A stretch of DNA of 64,000 nt. It comes from an uncultured virus (IMG/VR IMGVR_UViG_3300025009_000079) (taxonomy: Duplodnaviria; Heunggongvirae; Uroviricota; Caudoviricetes). Position 1 is the stretch's first letter. Each line of letters opens with the position of its first letter. The notes beneath the pieces are model-generated. The model did not search any database. It worked only from the letters and a program-made list of their open reading frames with translations, and was not told where the DNA came from. Positions 19,676 to 30,245 of the stretch are shown here, piece by piece. The DNA is taken from the IMG/VR virus record IMGVR_UViG_3300025009_000079. One strand, 5' to 3'. A program made the translations under genes and the position numbers.

Positions 19676-21289
19676 TCATTGACTTAATTCTTTCATGGCC
19701 TGATCTCTATTCATTCCAGCCTTAACTAAAGCTTCTACTCCCTTTTCAAGCGGTATTTTGTTTTTATTAATCAAAATTTTAAGTGCGTCCGTTTGAGAAA
19801 TTGACGACTTTTGGGGTGCATTTCTGGATGGTTGCGCTCCACCGGCGTTACTACCGGACAATATCCCCTTGAGTTGCTGAATCTCGCCCTCAAAGCCAAG
19901 CCTTCTGTTCTCCATTTCACGCCTCAGCAGACCGACAACTTCCGATACTTGCTCTTGAGTTTGTGCAGCATTCAACATTTCGTCAACTTCTCGCCTGGCT
20001 TGATCCGATGTAACCCCGCCACCGGTAGCAGATGACGTAACCTTGGCATACTCGTTTATGGCCGTCCGCATCGCGGCATCAAGTTTTGCAATGTCGGCAT
20101 CTCCAGCTATTGACCGTTTCCCGGCATTGATCCATTTGTTCATTACTGGAATGCCAGTTCTGTCCACTTTCTGAGACAATTCCTCAACTATCTTCAGGTT
20201 CTTGCTTGCGGTGTCCGAGAATGCCAGTATCTTAGACTTCTGAGTCTCGAGGCTCGTAAGTGCGGCCCTTGAAGCCTTGTATGTGGCTTGTTTTAATGCT
20301 TGATCTCCTGCGCCTTCTCCGCCACCTGTCATCTCACCTACTTTATTGAGAACCTTAATCCTCGCCTGTGTAGCGGCCTTGCCCATGCCCATGCCAGGGA
20401 GTTCTCCGGTTTGTATGAATCTATTGGCCATGAAATCCAGAGCTTCCGGCGTAAACTCTTCACCTACCTGTGTTGATGCATCTGACCTAGCCTTCGCCGT
20501 TGAACCTGCAATCCTGGCTTTCCGCTCCTCCATGCTATCCAGAATGGCCTTTGCTTGAGGGTCGCCCTTGAGCGCCCTGTTTGTCAGGGATATTTCGGTT
20601 TCAGATCCCTTCTTGGTTCCGGTGCCAACCACGGTCTCCATGCCCGTTCCAGGATCGAACCTTCTGGTTTCGATTTCGCCCTCGCCGATTGGGACTTCGT
20701 TGTACTTGGGGCCTCCCAACTTGGCAACTTCCCTGGCCTTCTCCAACGCCATAAGATGCTCACTCACCTTCGGATCAAGCACCTCACCCAAGGCAAGCCA
20801 TTCATTTTTCAGGAACTCAACCTTTTTGGTTGCAGCCGCCAACTCTTCTGGCTTTTTTATCTTTCCGCTGGCGAGCTCGGCTCTGGCATTGAAATAGTTT
20901 TTCTCAGCATCGTTATACATGCTCTGCATCATGGCGGAACCAAATTCATTGGTGAGTTTTATGCTTGATACCAAACTTCTCATATCGTTCTTGCGTATCA
21001 TCTCTCTTCCGCCGGGCATGCCATCCTTTTGCACAGCACCCTCGCTCCTTGCGTGCTCGACAAACATATTTAATGCACTCGGGTACTTGCCGAGCTGGGT
21101 AGTTCCAAGGAGTGATAATGGAATGAGTTTGTTACCTTCAGCCTCTTCATCGGCCAGCTTCTTCTGCTGATACTGAAACTTGATGGCCTCGCGCTTCTCG
21201 GTCTCGTCATTAATAGCCATCTGCTTCATCTGGCCTATGTTGCTCATGATCGCCGGGGTGGCCCGACCTAATGCATCAAGGAATCCCAT
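19676..21289 (-). CDS. Putative ejection/DNA transfer protein
   Basis: Helical 537 aa, position in podovirus internal-protein cluster. Confidence 0.65.
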   Translation of the reverse strand: MGFLDALGRATPAIMSNIGQMKQMAINDETEKREAIKFQYQQKKLADEEAEGNKLIPLSLLGTTQLGKYPSALNMFVEHARSEGAVQKDGMPGGREMIRKNDMRSLVSSIKLTNEFGSAMMQSMYNDAEKNYFNARAELASGKIKKPEELAAATKKVEFLKNEWLALGEVLDPKVSEHLMALEKAREVAKLGGPKYNEVPIGEGEIETRRFDPGTGMETVVGTGTKKGSETEISLTNRALKGDPQAKAILDSMEERKARIAGSTAKARSDASTQVGEEFTPEALDFMANRFIQTGELPGMGMGKAATQARIKVLNKVGEMTGGGEGAGDQALKQATYKASRAALTSLETQKSKILAFSDTASKNLKIVEELSQKVDRTGIPVMNKWINAGKRSIAGDADIAKLDAAMRTAINEYAKVTSSATGGGVTSDQARREVDEMLNAAQTQEQVSEVVGLLRREMENRRLGFEGEIQQLKGILSGSNAGGAQPSRNAPQKSSISQTDALKILINKNKIPLEKGVEALVKAGMNRDQAMKELSQ

Positions 21290-21301
21290 GATCGTATCTC
21301 C

Positions 21302-22045
21302 TCAAAAAAGACCACCGACGCCACCAAGGAGACCTCCAACAATGCCGCTGGCTATGTCTCCTTCGTTCGTGAGATATCCACCAACGGCCCCGACTCCCGC
21401 TCCGATTCCGACACCCCATCCGGTGGACCCGGTTAAAGCCTTCACGCCTGCTCCGATACCGGCACCAACGGCCCCTGGAAGAACCCAGTCCTTGGCGAAA
21501 TCCATGGCTCCGCTTCCCGCCGCCCCTCCACCAGTTACAGCCGGAGTGCCGGTGGATGGAACCATATGGGAGGGGGTGGCCGCATCCGCCATGCCGGTAG
21601 GAACCCCGGTTGGCGTGGTGACGGGGACCGTGGTCGGAGTGGTCCCGCTGAATATCGTTGCCGATCCCGTTGGGGATTGATTCTGAGCGCCACCAAGTCC
21701 AATGGCCGGCTTGAGCTTATTGATCCCGCCCATAATCGCTTCCTTGCCGCCCATCTGCCACAAGGCGCTGCCGATGGTGGCTATGCCGGTCATCCTGGCT
21801 GCATCCCTCTGATCGGCCAAGGCTTCTTTCTGAAGTTCATACGTCTTCTGCCATTGCTCTTGCTGGATGGCTTGACCGCGATTCTGCAAAGCCCTACCGG
21901 CCTCGACATCCAGGGCCGCGGCATATGCGGCTCGAATATCGGCATCGGTTACAGATCGACCGGAGGCGCGGACCTGGCGCAAGTGAGCGTTGATCTGCGA
22001 CAAAACTTGCGGTGAAAGTGTTTGCTGGTATCCTTCTTCGGCCAT
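21302..22045 (-). CDS. Putative ejection (pilot-like) protein with glycine zipper
   Basis: Gln-rich coil, GxxxG hydrophobic C-terminus. Confidence 0.6.
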   Translation of the reverse strand: MAEEGYQQTLSPQVLSQINAHLRQVRASGRSVTDADIRAAYAAALDVEAGRALQNRGQAIQQEQWQKTYELQKEALADQRDAARMTGIATIGSALWQMGGKEAIMGGINKLKPAIGLGGAQNQSPTGSATIFSGTTPTTVPVTTPTGVPTGMADAATPSHMVPSTGTPAVTGGGAAGSGAMDFAKDWVLPGAVGAGIGAGVKALTGSTGWGVGIGAGVGAVGGYLTNEGDIASGIVGGLLGGVGGLF

Positions 22046-22060
22046 CTCTCGGCCTCCTTC

Positions 22061-22960
22061 CTATCGGTTCTGATACACTGCCCGTGCTTGCGGTGACGTT
22101 ATCGCCGGGCGCTGGTATGTGGCGGGTGCTATCGCCGGGAGACCGCTTCTTTTTCTCATCTCGTCGAGGATTACGCTTCCTGATCCACCTGCGTTGGATA
22201 GTCCAGGTTGTGCCTCTGATACCATCCCGCTGAATTCGGCCACCGCTTCTGGATCGTGAGTGCCGAATGGTCCCGTTGTCATACTTGCCAATGATGGATT
22301 GGATACCGACATGGCTGTTTGGGCTCCAACTCTTCCTACCGTCTCTCCAATCGCGGCCCCGATCGGGCCACCGACAACACTTCCAGCCAAGCCGCCAACC
22401 ATGCCGGCCCTGTTCCCGACCGCATTCTGTCGGTCGGCGAACCCTTTGGCCGCATCAAGGGTGCCAACGGGCATCCCTCTTGCCACCGATACCTGTTGGC
22501 CGGGGCGCATTCCGTAACCGAATGGGTTGGATGCTATCTTGCCCATATCAACGAGCCCACTGAAGAGCCCCCCGAATTTGTCCCTGTAACCAGACCAGAT
22601 ACTTGCGATTGACGTGCCTTCATCGGAAAGACCACCGACCATGCCACCGAATGTGCCCAGGGATGGATCTCCTATACTCCCGCCGAAGGTGCTTGACTCG
22701 GGCGCCGCCCCCTCAAGAGACGCACCGAACGATCCCGACTCGGGAGCAGCCCCTTCAAGGGATGCCCCAAATCCTTGAGATCCCCCAAAACCTTGTGCCC
22801 CGATGCCATCCCCTCCCGATTCGGACGATGATCCACTACCATCGGCACTGCTGTCGGCGCCACCCGTCGAAGATCCTCCGCTCCCGTCTGCCGAGTCGCC
22901 TTCGTAGAAGTTCGCAACCCGGGTGTCCCACCATTCAGATCCGTCAAACCGAAGAGCCAT
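22061..22960 (-). CDS. Gly/Ser-rich putative internal virion protein
   Basis: FGASLEGAAPES x2, glycine zipper. Confidence 0.6.
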   Translation of the reverse strand: MALRFDGSEWWDTRVANFYEGDSADGSGGSSTGGADSSADGSGSSSESGGDGIGAQGFGGSQGFGASLEGAAPESGSFGASLEGAAPESSTFGGSIGDPSLGTFGGMVGGLSDEGTSIASIWSGYRDKFGGLFSGLVDMGKIASNPFGYGMRPGQQVSVARGMPVGTLDAAKGFADRQNAVGNRAGMVGGLAGSVVGGPIGAAIGETVGRVGAQTAMSVSNPSLASMTTGPFGTHDPEAVAEFSGMVSEAQPGLSNAGGSGSVILDEMRKRSGLPAIAPATYQRPAITSPQARAVYQNR

Positions 22961-22972
22961 GGCTCAGTCTCC

Positions 22973-25900
22973 CTATTTGGTGTCTTCCCTCACGACCATG
23001 TACTTGATGCCCAAAAATAGCGGCTCGAACCCGACCGTTTCATTGTCCGTGGTCATGGATAGCTTAAAGCGGTGATACACGTAATCGCCCATGTCCTTCT
23101 CGCTCAATTTGGGTGAAGCCACCCTGTATCCGGTTCGTGAAGGCGATAATGTGTAGGACGTTCCGGTCGTATTGGTGTCCCCATAGTGGGTCAGGGTTAT
23201 GGAATTCGTGGTGACCGTCTTGGCCACGCAATGAAACATGAAGTTCCTGACCTTGGTAACGACCCAAATGCTTCCCTCGTGAAGCGCGACGTCCCCTGTC
23301 TCCAAGACATGGACGATATCGTTCCCATTGAAATCGGTTCCGTTGTCCAGCCTCAAGACCCGCCCATCATCGGTCATGCCGTAGTTGTAAACGGCGCCCT
23401 TGACGCCCCGCACGCGGAGTCCCGTTTGGAGGTACTTACCCGTTCCCCTGTCAACTTCGTACCAACGTTTGCGCCTGAGATCGTAAACCATCTCCCGATT
23501 GCACGTCTCGCTTGTTCCCGATGCGAAGCACCAATGGTACTCATCTTTCGATTGATTGTAGAACCCTTCCGATTCCTTGATCTTGTCGAGATTTATGGCC
23601 GTGGGATACCGCTGATCGAAACAATCCTCGATGTCGGAGTGTATCGGGATGAACCCCTTGCCGTCGAAAATGTAAATGCCGGACGATCCCTGGAAGATGG
23701 TAATGGTTCGGTTCGACTGAGCATAAAGCTCACTGGGCGCGTTGGTGGTGACTATCGTTTTGGGAGACGGACAGCCTATGGATGCCGAGACTTGATAAGT
23801 AGCCCAATCCTCCGGGGAATTCCCGGCAATGACCCAAGTTTCGTTCTGCTTGAAAAATACCACCACGTTGTAAAGACTCGACCCGAATTGGCTATAGAGC
23901 CAAGACCCGCCCATGATGCCGGATTCGTCACCAAAATACAGCTCCCCCGAATCATCGCCGTTAAAAACTTCCGCGCTCTCCGATGCGGAATAGATGACCG
24001 CATTGGGCTTGCTTCCGACTCGATTACACAGAAACAGCCTTCCGAGAGCATAGAGAGGGAATTTGTATGGATCGACGGTGGTTTGGGCCGGAATGCCCGT
24101 TATGTTGTAGATCCGGGTGTCAGCGTCGATGGCCTGATCGAACTCGACCTTATAGAAATACAAGGGGACTTGGCCGAAGTAGGTTACGTCCGTGGGATTG
24201 CTGGTGGTTGGGACCAATGGATCGGTGGAAGTACCGCTCAGCCCTGGATCATCCATGATGTGGGTAAACTCCAACGCCTTGGCGGGAGGGTTCCACGATA
24301 TGACGCCGGACCTGGAAATGGAGATAGCCTCGTGGCTGGTCGCATCACTCAGCTTTCCAACACTCGTCCATTCCTCGCCGCTCCAATATGAGATCGTGCA
24401 TACGGTGTTTGCCTGCTCGTTGGTCATATCCCCCGGCATGTAGATATGAAGGCCCATCATCCTGTCGGGAAATCCAACGACAAAATGGTCCGTAGTCGGC
24501 ATTCCTCCCACATCCAGGTACGTGGTTATGGTTGACGGCTCGTAAGCCGTGTCGAACACATTCAATGTGTAATCGACATATTTCTCATCCTCGCTTTTCT
24601 GGCACGATGCGATTGTCCGTTCTATTCCATCCCATACGTCCTTAATGGTCTGGAACGGGGCGTCAACGGTGAGATGGGATAGGACGGTGTTGGAGGAATT
24701 GGATAGATAAACCCGATACCAATACAAGGACACCATGTCGATGATGCCGAGCTTCGCGGTTGACACCGTGGAATTGAACGTAACGGTCCCGGTTGCTCCG
24801 AAGCCGCCCGTGTTGTCCACGAGGCTTCCTGTCGATACCCATTTCGACCCGTTCCAATAATCCACATAGAGCGTCCCGGCCACGGCGTTAGCCGTCTTGA
24901 CGTATGCCTTGAAGCCTTGGATCGGCCTCGTCGACCCCAGGTAGCAGTACGCTTCATCCGTGCTGTTGTTGTAGGCCCTGTTCGGATCATTGAAGTTAGC
25001 GGTGTGCCTTGCAACGCTACTGAGTCTGATCTCATCCATGTTTCCGACGAAGTAGTATTGATCGGTAGCCCCATCGTAAAACCTGCCGATCTGCACCACT
25101 CCGGTATAATTTGCCGCCCGCAAGACCGAATCGACACTCGACACCAAGTCTCCGTCAACAAAAATACGCCAAGCATCCCCGCTTTCGGAAATCTCCACAT
25201 GATGATCTGTGTCCACGGAGATTTTTCCGGCCCCGCTGGTGGCTATGGTGCTAATAACGGATGCCACGTTAACCCGGATTCTCACGGCCCCGGTCGTGGT
25301 AATCTCGATGGAAAACCAGTTGTTGGCATCGGTGTAATGAGAATAAAGACATTGGATGGCCGCAAGGCTGCTGGTTCTGATCTGTTTGTCGTAAGTGAAG
25401 ACCCCGCCGGCCATGTTGAAGTCGGCATTGTCTGGAATAGTGAAATACGATGTTGCGCCATCCAGTAATGCGGAAGCCGATCCAAACTTCTTCACGACCG
25501 TGTCCCACGTAATGTTTACGTCGGTTACGGTGTGGGGCGTCGTCGGGCTCGTGTCCGTCACGTTGCCGTTCAGCGAGAGCAGGAGGAGAGTGTAGGCGTC
25601 TATCCCGCCTTCGATGGTATGAATCTCGGCAGTGTTGTCCGTATCGGTCAAATTGTTTCGAAGCGCATCCGTGTAGTCGTACTTGAATGTTCCGTTGGGA
25701 TCGTAGTTTACGAATGCCCCTATTTTGAGCTCATCCCCGCCCCAGATGCACGACTCTTCCGTATTGCAATATGCAACGTTGCCATTGGGTGCCTTTGAGA
25801 AGAAACCCCTGGAAGCCCCCGTTGCGTCAGTGTGAAGCGCGGTCGAGTTGAAATCGCCTTGATCGGGGATGGCCGTGTCATTGGTGAAAATCTTGCTTTC

Positions 25901-26164
25901 CGTCTTGGCTTCATTGAACGCTTGAACGAGAAGATGACTCTCGGCCGGCCGATCCTTGGTGAAATGAAAGGCGTTGTCAATGAGTGGATGAGACGAAAGG
26001 GCGGTGGTGTTGATTTTAGTGCATCCGGCGATGCCCTTGACGCCCGCATCCGTATACCTCAAGTTCTTGAGCGTGACGTAGTTCGTGCCGACAAGCGTCC
26101 CGTCGAGGGCCGTGATAAGCTTCCCCTGGAGGGCTATTTCCTTTGTGAGCCGGTTATCGGACAT
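22973..26164 (-). CDS. Tail nozzle/stabilisation-like protein with inserted LamG-like domain
   Basis: About 1060 aa, beta-propeller-like C-half (SIGCPSPKTIV), follows adaptor; KFGSASALLDG...GNMDEIRLS. Confidence 0.7.
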   Translation of the reverse strand: MSDNRLTKEIALQGKLITALDGTLVGTNYVTLKNLRYTDAGVKGIAGCTKINTTALSSHPLIDNAFHFTKDRPAESHLLVQAFNEAKTESKIFTNDTAIPDQGDFNSTALHTDATGASRGFFSKAPNGNVAYCNTEESCIWGGDELKIGAFVNYDPNGTFKYDYTDALRNNLTDTDNTAEIHTIEGGIDAYTLLLLSLNGNVTDTSPTTPHTVTDVNITWDTVVKKFGSASALLDGATSYFTIPDNADFNMAGGVFTYDKQIRTSSLAAIQCLYSHYTDANNWFSIEITTTGAVRIRVNVASVISTIATSGAGKISVDTDHHVEISESGDAWRIFVDGDLVSSVDSVLRAANYTGVVQIGRFYDGATDQYYFVGNMDEIRLSSVARHTANFNDPNRAYNNSTDEAYCYLGSTRPIQGFKAYVKTANAVAGTLYVDYWNGSKWVSTGSLVDNTGGFGATGTVTFNSTVSTAKLGIIDMVSLYWYRVYLSNSSNTVLSHLTVDAPFQTIKDVWDGIERTIASCQKSEDEKYVDYTLNVFDTAYEPSTITTYLDVGGMPTTDHFVVGFPDRMMGLHIYMPGDMTNEQANTVCTISYWSGEEWTSVGKLSDATSHEAISISRSGVISWNPPAKALEFTHIMDDPGLSGTSTDPLVPTTSNPTDVTYFGQVPLYFYKVEFDQAIDADTRIYNITGIPAQTTVDPYKFPLYALGRLFLCNRVGSKPNAVIYSASESAEVFNGDDSGELYFGDESGIMGGSWLYSQFGSSLYNVVVFFKQNETWVIAGNSPEDWATYQVSASIGCPSPKTIVTTNAPSELYAQSNRTITIFQGSSGIYIFDGKGFIPIHSDIEDCFDQRYPTAINLDKIKESEGFYNQSKDEYHWCFASGTSETCNREMVYDLRRKRWYEVDRGTGKYLQTGLRVRGVKGAVYNYGMTDDGRVLRLDNGTDFNGNDIVHVLETGDVALHEGSIWVVTKVRNFMFHCVAKTVTTNSITLTHYGDTNTTGTSYTLSPSRTGYRVASPKLSEKDMGDYVYHRFKLSMTTDNETVGFEPLFLGIKYMVVREDTK

Positions 26165-27081
26165 CAACGCCTCGCCCTAAAATTGACGGAAATTTGACGC
26201 TTCTCCCGCAAACTCTTCGTGATGCTGGCGCCGAAAAGCCTGCACTGGTTGTCGAAGAACACATACATGGCATCGCCGAATGAAGGCTCGCCGTCCCTGT
26301 ACTTGTAAAGCCAGAAGGCGTACTTCACGAGTGCCGACGAATATTGAGACGGAAACTTGTACATCCCATAGTCCGAGAAGACCGGGGCAGGCCTGGTCAC
26401 ATACGGAACCGTGATCGTGTATCCCGCCATGGACGTAGCAGGATCAACCACGATCTTGTATCTCCCCTGGGGCTGAATCACGTAGGCGTCTCCAGCCGTC
26501 CAATCTTTATTCGTTCCCTCGAAGAGCGCGGTAACGAGCGCCGTATTGCTGGTCTTGGAGAGAACGATACCGTCCGACCCATCCGTGGTGTTATGGACGA
26601 TATCTCCAGCCGACACGTTGGCAAACTTCGTGCTGGAACTGGTATCGGTGAGCGTACACTCCCCCCCGGATGATGCCCCGACGCCGGTTGCCGTCCCCGT
26701 AATTCGAGCCGAAAGAGATGACACATCCGTTATGGTGAAGTAGTCCGGGATTGGCTGAGAAGTCGTATTGTTCCCGTAGTAGACATCCTCGTAGTCCCGG
26801 AACGGGATGAAGTAATCGGTGGTTCCGTCGCTCATTTTGATGAACCGACGGTTTCCATCCTCCCGCATGAAGAAGTCCAGGAAGTCGGCATTCAGCGTGT
26901 AGTCGCTTTGGCCAGCCTCCGTGGTGATGGTCTGCGTGGACCTCAAGCATTTCGTTCGCGTGGTGAATTCAATCGCGGCCTGGTAGAGATACTGATAGGC
27001 CGTGAATTCACTGAACCACGACGAGTTGGAAGACTCGTTAAGAAGGTCTCTCAAATCACGTAGGTACAGTTTCCCGTCCAA
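26164..27081 (-). CDS. Head-tail adaptor / tail tubular-A-like protein
   Basis: LRDLLNE...W...YL..A..EF, TTEAGQSDYTL, ALVKYA. Confidence 0.65.
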   Translation of the reverse strand: MDGKLYLRDLRDLLNESSNSSWFSEFTAYQYLYQAAIEFTTRTKCLRSTQTITTEAGQSDYTLNADFLDFFMREDGNRRFIKMSDGTTDYFIPFRDYEDVYYGNNTTSQPIPDYFTITDVSSLSARITGTATGVGASSGGECTLTDTSSSTKFANVSAGDIVHNTTDGSDGIVLSKTSNTALVTALFEGTNKDWTAGDAYVIQPQGRYKIVVDPATSMAGYTITVPYVTRPAPVFSDYGMYKFPSQYSSALVKYAFWLYKYRDGEPSFGDAMYVFFDNQCRLFGASITKSLREKRQISVNFRARR

Positions 27082-27099
27082 TGGAGCCCTCTTTCTGCG

Positions 27100-27333
27100 T
27101 CACATGAACTGGCGCGAAGAGTGGAATTTCTGGAGTATGTCCTTTACGTCCTCGTATTTTTCCCTTACTGTAAATTCATTCTGAACATCTAGTGCGATGA
27201 GGGTTCCCTCCAAAATATCATACGGCTCTTCCCTTAGCGGGTAAGGATACGGCTTACATGTCAGTACCCTGTCCAGACGCACCCATATCGGGGTATTGTC
27301 AACACTTGTAAACTCGTGAGTGCATGGCTGCAT
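27100..27333 (-). CDS. Hypothetical protein
   Basis: Coupled ORF. Confidence 0.55.
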   Translation of the reverse strand: MQPCTHEFTSVDNTPIWVRLDRVLTCKPYPYPLREEPYDILEGTLIALDVQNEFTVREKYEDVKDILQKFHSSRQFM

Positions 27334-28139
27334 CATTTGTCGTCTCCGGTTTTCCTCCCAGGCGGCCTTCCTCTCTGACCCTGGTTCTTCTCCAGGACGG
27401 TTGCGAAGGTGTCGGCCGTGCGCTCGGGTGCCCCAAACGCCGGGTTGCCCATGGCGGCATCGGCGATTTGAGCCTTGACCATGCTTGCGATCATGGCCGA
27501 AAGTGCAGCCATGGGATTCTCGGGCTCACCAGTGAAGGGCTCTACCTTTTCGGTGCGGCATGTGGTCTTCCGTTGTTCCAGCACTCCGGTATTGCTCTGT
27601 CGCTCGAGCCTACGCCCGATGATCTTCCACGCCTTCTCCGCCTCATCCCTTGATACGAGATTGTCGCTATTGGCCTTGAGGTTGAGAGACTGAACAATGT
27701 CCGGCTCCATCTTGATGCAGGGCATCTTCTGCCTCATCATCTCGTCATGGGCCGAAGCCGACCCGTACCGCATCTCATCATAGGTGAACCTGGCATCGAC
27801 AATGCGGCTTTCGAGCTCACGGTGGACTCGCTCAAGGTGTGCCCGCTGCCCGACGTTAAGGCTCGGTTGCGACTCCATGATCTTGTCGAGCCGCTCCTTG
27901 CGCTGCTTGATGTCGGCAATATGCGTGGGTTGAGCCTGTACCGGGACTTGTCCTCGCTCCATCATCCGCTCATCCGAGGCGATGGATTCCTTGAGGTCGT
28001 CGATGTGGCGGTTGAAAAACCATGCGGGGTAGGACGACATGACCGCCCCGTCCTTGTGCCCGTCCTTGCGGTCAACCGCTCCGAAAAAGCTGATTTTGTC
28101 GGCTCCTGCCGTCTTGTCGATAATCGTGGTGGTTTCCAT
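27333..28139 (-). CDS. Hypothetical protein
   Basis: 268 aa, AAGGA SD, AT-hook-like RGRPP tail. Confidence 0.7.
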   Translation of the reverse strand: METTTIIDKTAGADKISFFGAVDRKDGHKDGAVMSSYPAWFFNRHIDDLKESIASDERMMERGQVPVQAQPTHIADIKQRKERLDKIMESQPSLNVGQRAHLERVHRELESRIVDARFTYDEMRYGSASAHDEMMRQKMPCIKMEPDIVQSLNLKANSDNLVSRDEAEKAWKIIGRRLERQSNTGVLEQRKTTCRTEKVEPFTGEPENPMAALSAMIASMVKAQIADAAMGNPAFGAPERTADTFATVLEKNQGQRGRPPGRKTGDDK

Positions 28140-28165
28140 ACGGTTCCTTTTGGTTGGGGTTTAAT

Positions 28166-28201
28166 CCCTCTTCCTAGACGACTCACTATCCAGGAAGAGG
28201 G
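28166..28201 (-). terminator. Hairpin, putative terminator
   Basis: ccctcttcct...aggaagaggg. Confidence 0.5.
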
Positions 28202-28207
28202 TGAAAG

Positions 28208-29203
28208 TTACACTGCCCGATAGATGCCGCAAGTATCGGCGGCGGGAGTTGGATTGTTCATAATGAGAAGGTTGTCGAGATCATCAACATCCCACTTTCC
28301 GGCCGTGGTTCCATTCCATGCCGAACACTGATCCAGCACGATAAGACCCTGCGTAGGATTGGCCGCGAACTTGAACACGCCAGCATTGCTGTTGGCGTAG
28401 TTGGTGCTGGTCGAGATGAACTTGCACCGGGTAAAGCTGTTGATTTCATCGAGAGACGTGGCCGCTGCGACTTTGACCAACGGGTGATTGGTGTCGTGCT
28501 CGATTCGCCGGTAAATCAGGCAATCCTCGAACTCGACATTCTTCACCGTGTTGGCCATCCATATCTCGAAGTTTGCAGCCGTGCCAGCCGCGGTGGTGTT
28601 CAGCCCGATGCGGCAGTTCTTGACATACAACTCCTCGACGCCGTTCAGGTAGAGCGAATAGGCGTTGGCGATATCATTGGCGTCGTTTCCTATGCCAGAG
28701 ATATGGCACTGATCCAATCTGTTCCTGTCCCCCGTAACCTGGAAACATCCGGTCGGGTTCGTGCCGGCAACGCCCGCATAGAATTGGACATTGGCGATGT
28801 AACAACCATCGGCCGAAAGGGTGAAAAGGTTACTGGCCGTGTCATACGTACTGGAAAAGGCTACCCTGGACCGCTGCGAATACACCGATCCGCTGTTTAC
28901 TCCAATGAGGTGAGTCATGTCCTTGGACCAATCCAGGGTTGACCCCTGATAGTCCGTGGTAGCTGATGCCGTATTACTTTCACTGTGCAGTAGCACAACG
29001 TCATTTCTGCCAGCCACGACTTCGCTGCTGGAAATAACCTTTCCGAGAGTTTTCCACGCTCTGTCCGGCCTGTCTCCCGGGTTGCCGTCATTCCCCGAGT
29101 AGGGCTTGACGTGCCAAATGTTACCCCCAGTGAAGGCAAGCCATGGGGGAAGGGACGGATATACGGGGATGCCTCTGATTTGAACGAGTTTTTGTTGGGA
29201 CAT
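28208..29203 (-). CDS. Capsid-associated beta-helix protein
   Basis: GNDGNPGDRPDRAWKTL motif; directly after the capsid gene. Confidence 0.65.
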   Translation of the reverse strand: MSQQKLVQIRGIPVYPSLPPWLAFTGGNIWHVKPYSGNDGNPGDRPDRAWKTLGKVISSSEVVAGRNDVVLLHSESNTASATTDYQGSTLDWSKDMTHLIGVNSGSVYSQRSRVAFSSTYDTASNLFTLSADGCYIANVQFYAGVAGTNPTGCFQVTGDRNRLDQCHISGIGNDANDIANAYSLYLNGVEELYVKNCRIGLNTTAAGTAANFEIWMANTVKNVEFEDCLIYRRIEHDTNHPLVKVAAATSLDEINSFTRCKFISTSTNYANSNAGVFKFAANPTQGLIVLDQCSAWNGTTAGKWDVDDLDNLLIMNNPTPAADTCGIYRAV

Positions 29204-29289
29204 TTCTAATTTCCTTTCTGCCGGTCAATGGTTTGTTGACCGAGGCGGAATGACCCGCCTCAGCAGGGTTTGGGTCAACGGATAGATCG

Positions 29290-30213
29290 TTAAGTTACCT
29301 GGTGCCAGTACAGATGGCGCCATCCAGTTACGCCATTGGCGAACCTCAGATAAATCGACAACTTGAGCATGTAGGTGTCGAAGTCCCAAGTGGTATTGGG
29401 GTCCGGTTTGATGCGCTCGATCCACTTCATGAACTTCTTCATGAGGGACTTGGACGCCATGCCCCAGCTCGCCGTATCGAAGTCGTCCAGGTACGGAAGG
29501 GCCATGATCTCGTAGCGGTCGGCGTGGAAGTTCTTGTCCGAAGCCGCCGTCTGATACCCGGATTGGGTCTTGACAAAGGTCCACGCCGCCTCTTCCTGAG
29601 TCTGCGGCACGATGAGGACCAGATCGTCGGGCATGTTGAACCGCTCCCCGATGTCGTCCCGGAACATCTTCATGGCGAGCCGCGTGGTGGCAATGGACGT
29701 GTTGGTGAGGGGCGAAGTGCCTAGATTGTCGAACCCGCTGGACGTGCTGACGCCCGACTTGGTGGTATGGCTATTGGATGCCAGGGCCACACCCTCCTCC
29801 GACGTGGTGAAGTCGAATGCCGCCGTGGCCGCATACGCAAAGGGGCGCACCTCGTACTTGACTTGGACTCGCCGTATCGATTCCGACAGAAGACTCGCCC
29901 GGTCGGTCAGAACGCCGTACCTCTCGTCGTCCAGGAGCTTTCGCTCGAACTGGAGACCGCCGGCGAACTCCTTGGGCTCGATTTTGGTGTACCATCCAGG
30001 GAACATGGAGAGGTACGAAAGCTGACCGTTGAACCTGGGGACATCCTGAATCCCGGTGATTCCGTAGAAGTCCTCATAGGCACGCTCGGAAGTGATGACA
30101 TCGTAGATTTTATCCTTCACGGACGGGATCTCGTCGTATTTCTGACGAACCACCCGCTGAACGTGTCCCTCGACCAATTTCCGAAACTGGGCACTTGTTA
30201 CAGGGCTACCCAT
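29290..30213 (-). CDS. Major capsid protein (HK97 fold, Mu gpT-like)
   Basis: TSERAYED, EGVALASNSH, LVLIVP, WDFDT...RFANGVTGWR; after scaffold. Confidence 0.85.
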   Translation of the reverse strand: MGSPVTSAQFRKLVEGHVQRVVRQKYDEIPSVKDKIYDVITSERAYEDFYGITGIQDVPRFNGQLSYLSMFPGWYTKIEPKEFAGGLQFERKLLDDERYGVLTDRASLLSESIRRVQVKYEVRPFAYAATAAFDFTTSEEGVALASNSHTTKSGVSTSSGFDNLGTSPLTNTSIATTRLAMKMFRDDIGERFNMPDDLVLIVPQTQEEAAWTFVKTQSGYQTAASDKNFHADRYEIMALPYLDDFDTASWGMASKSLMKKFMKWIERIKPDPNTTWDFDTYMLKLSIYLRFANGVTGWRHLYWHQVT

Positions 30214-30245
30214 GGTGATTTACTCCTTTCATCCTTCATCAAGGA

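Noticed and set aside
23186..24391. 401-aa antisense ORF in the nozzle gene
   Set aside because: Shadow of a GC3-rich gene; no domain signal.
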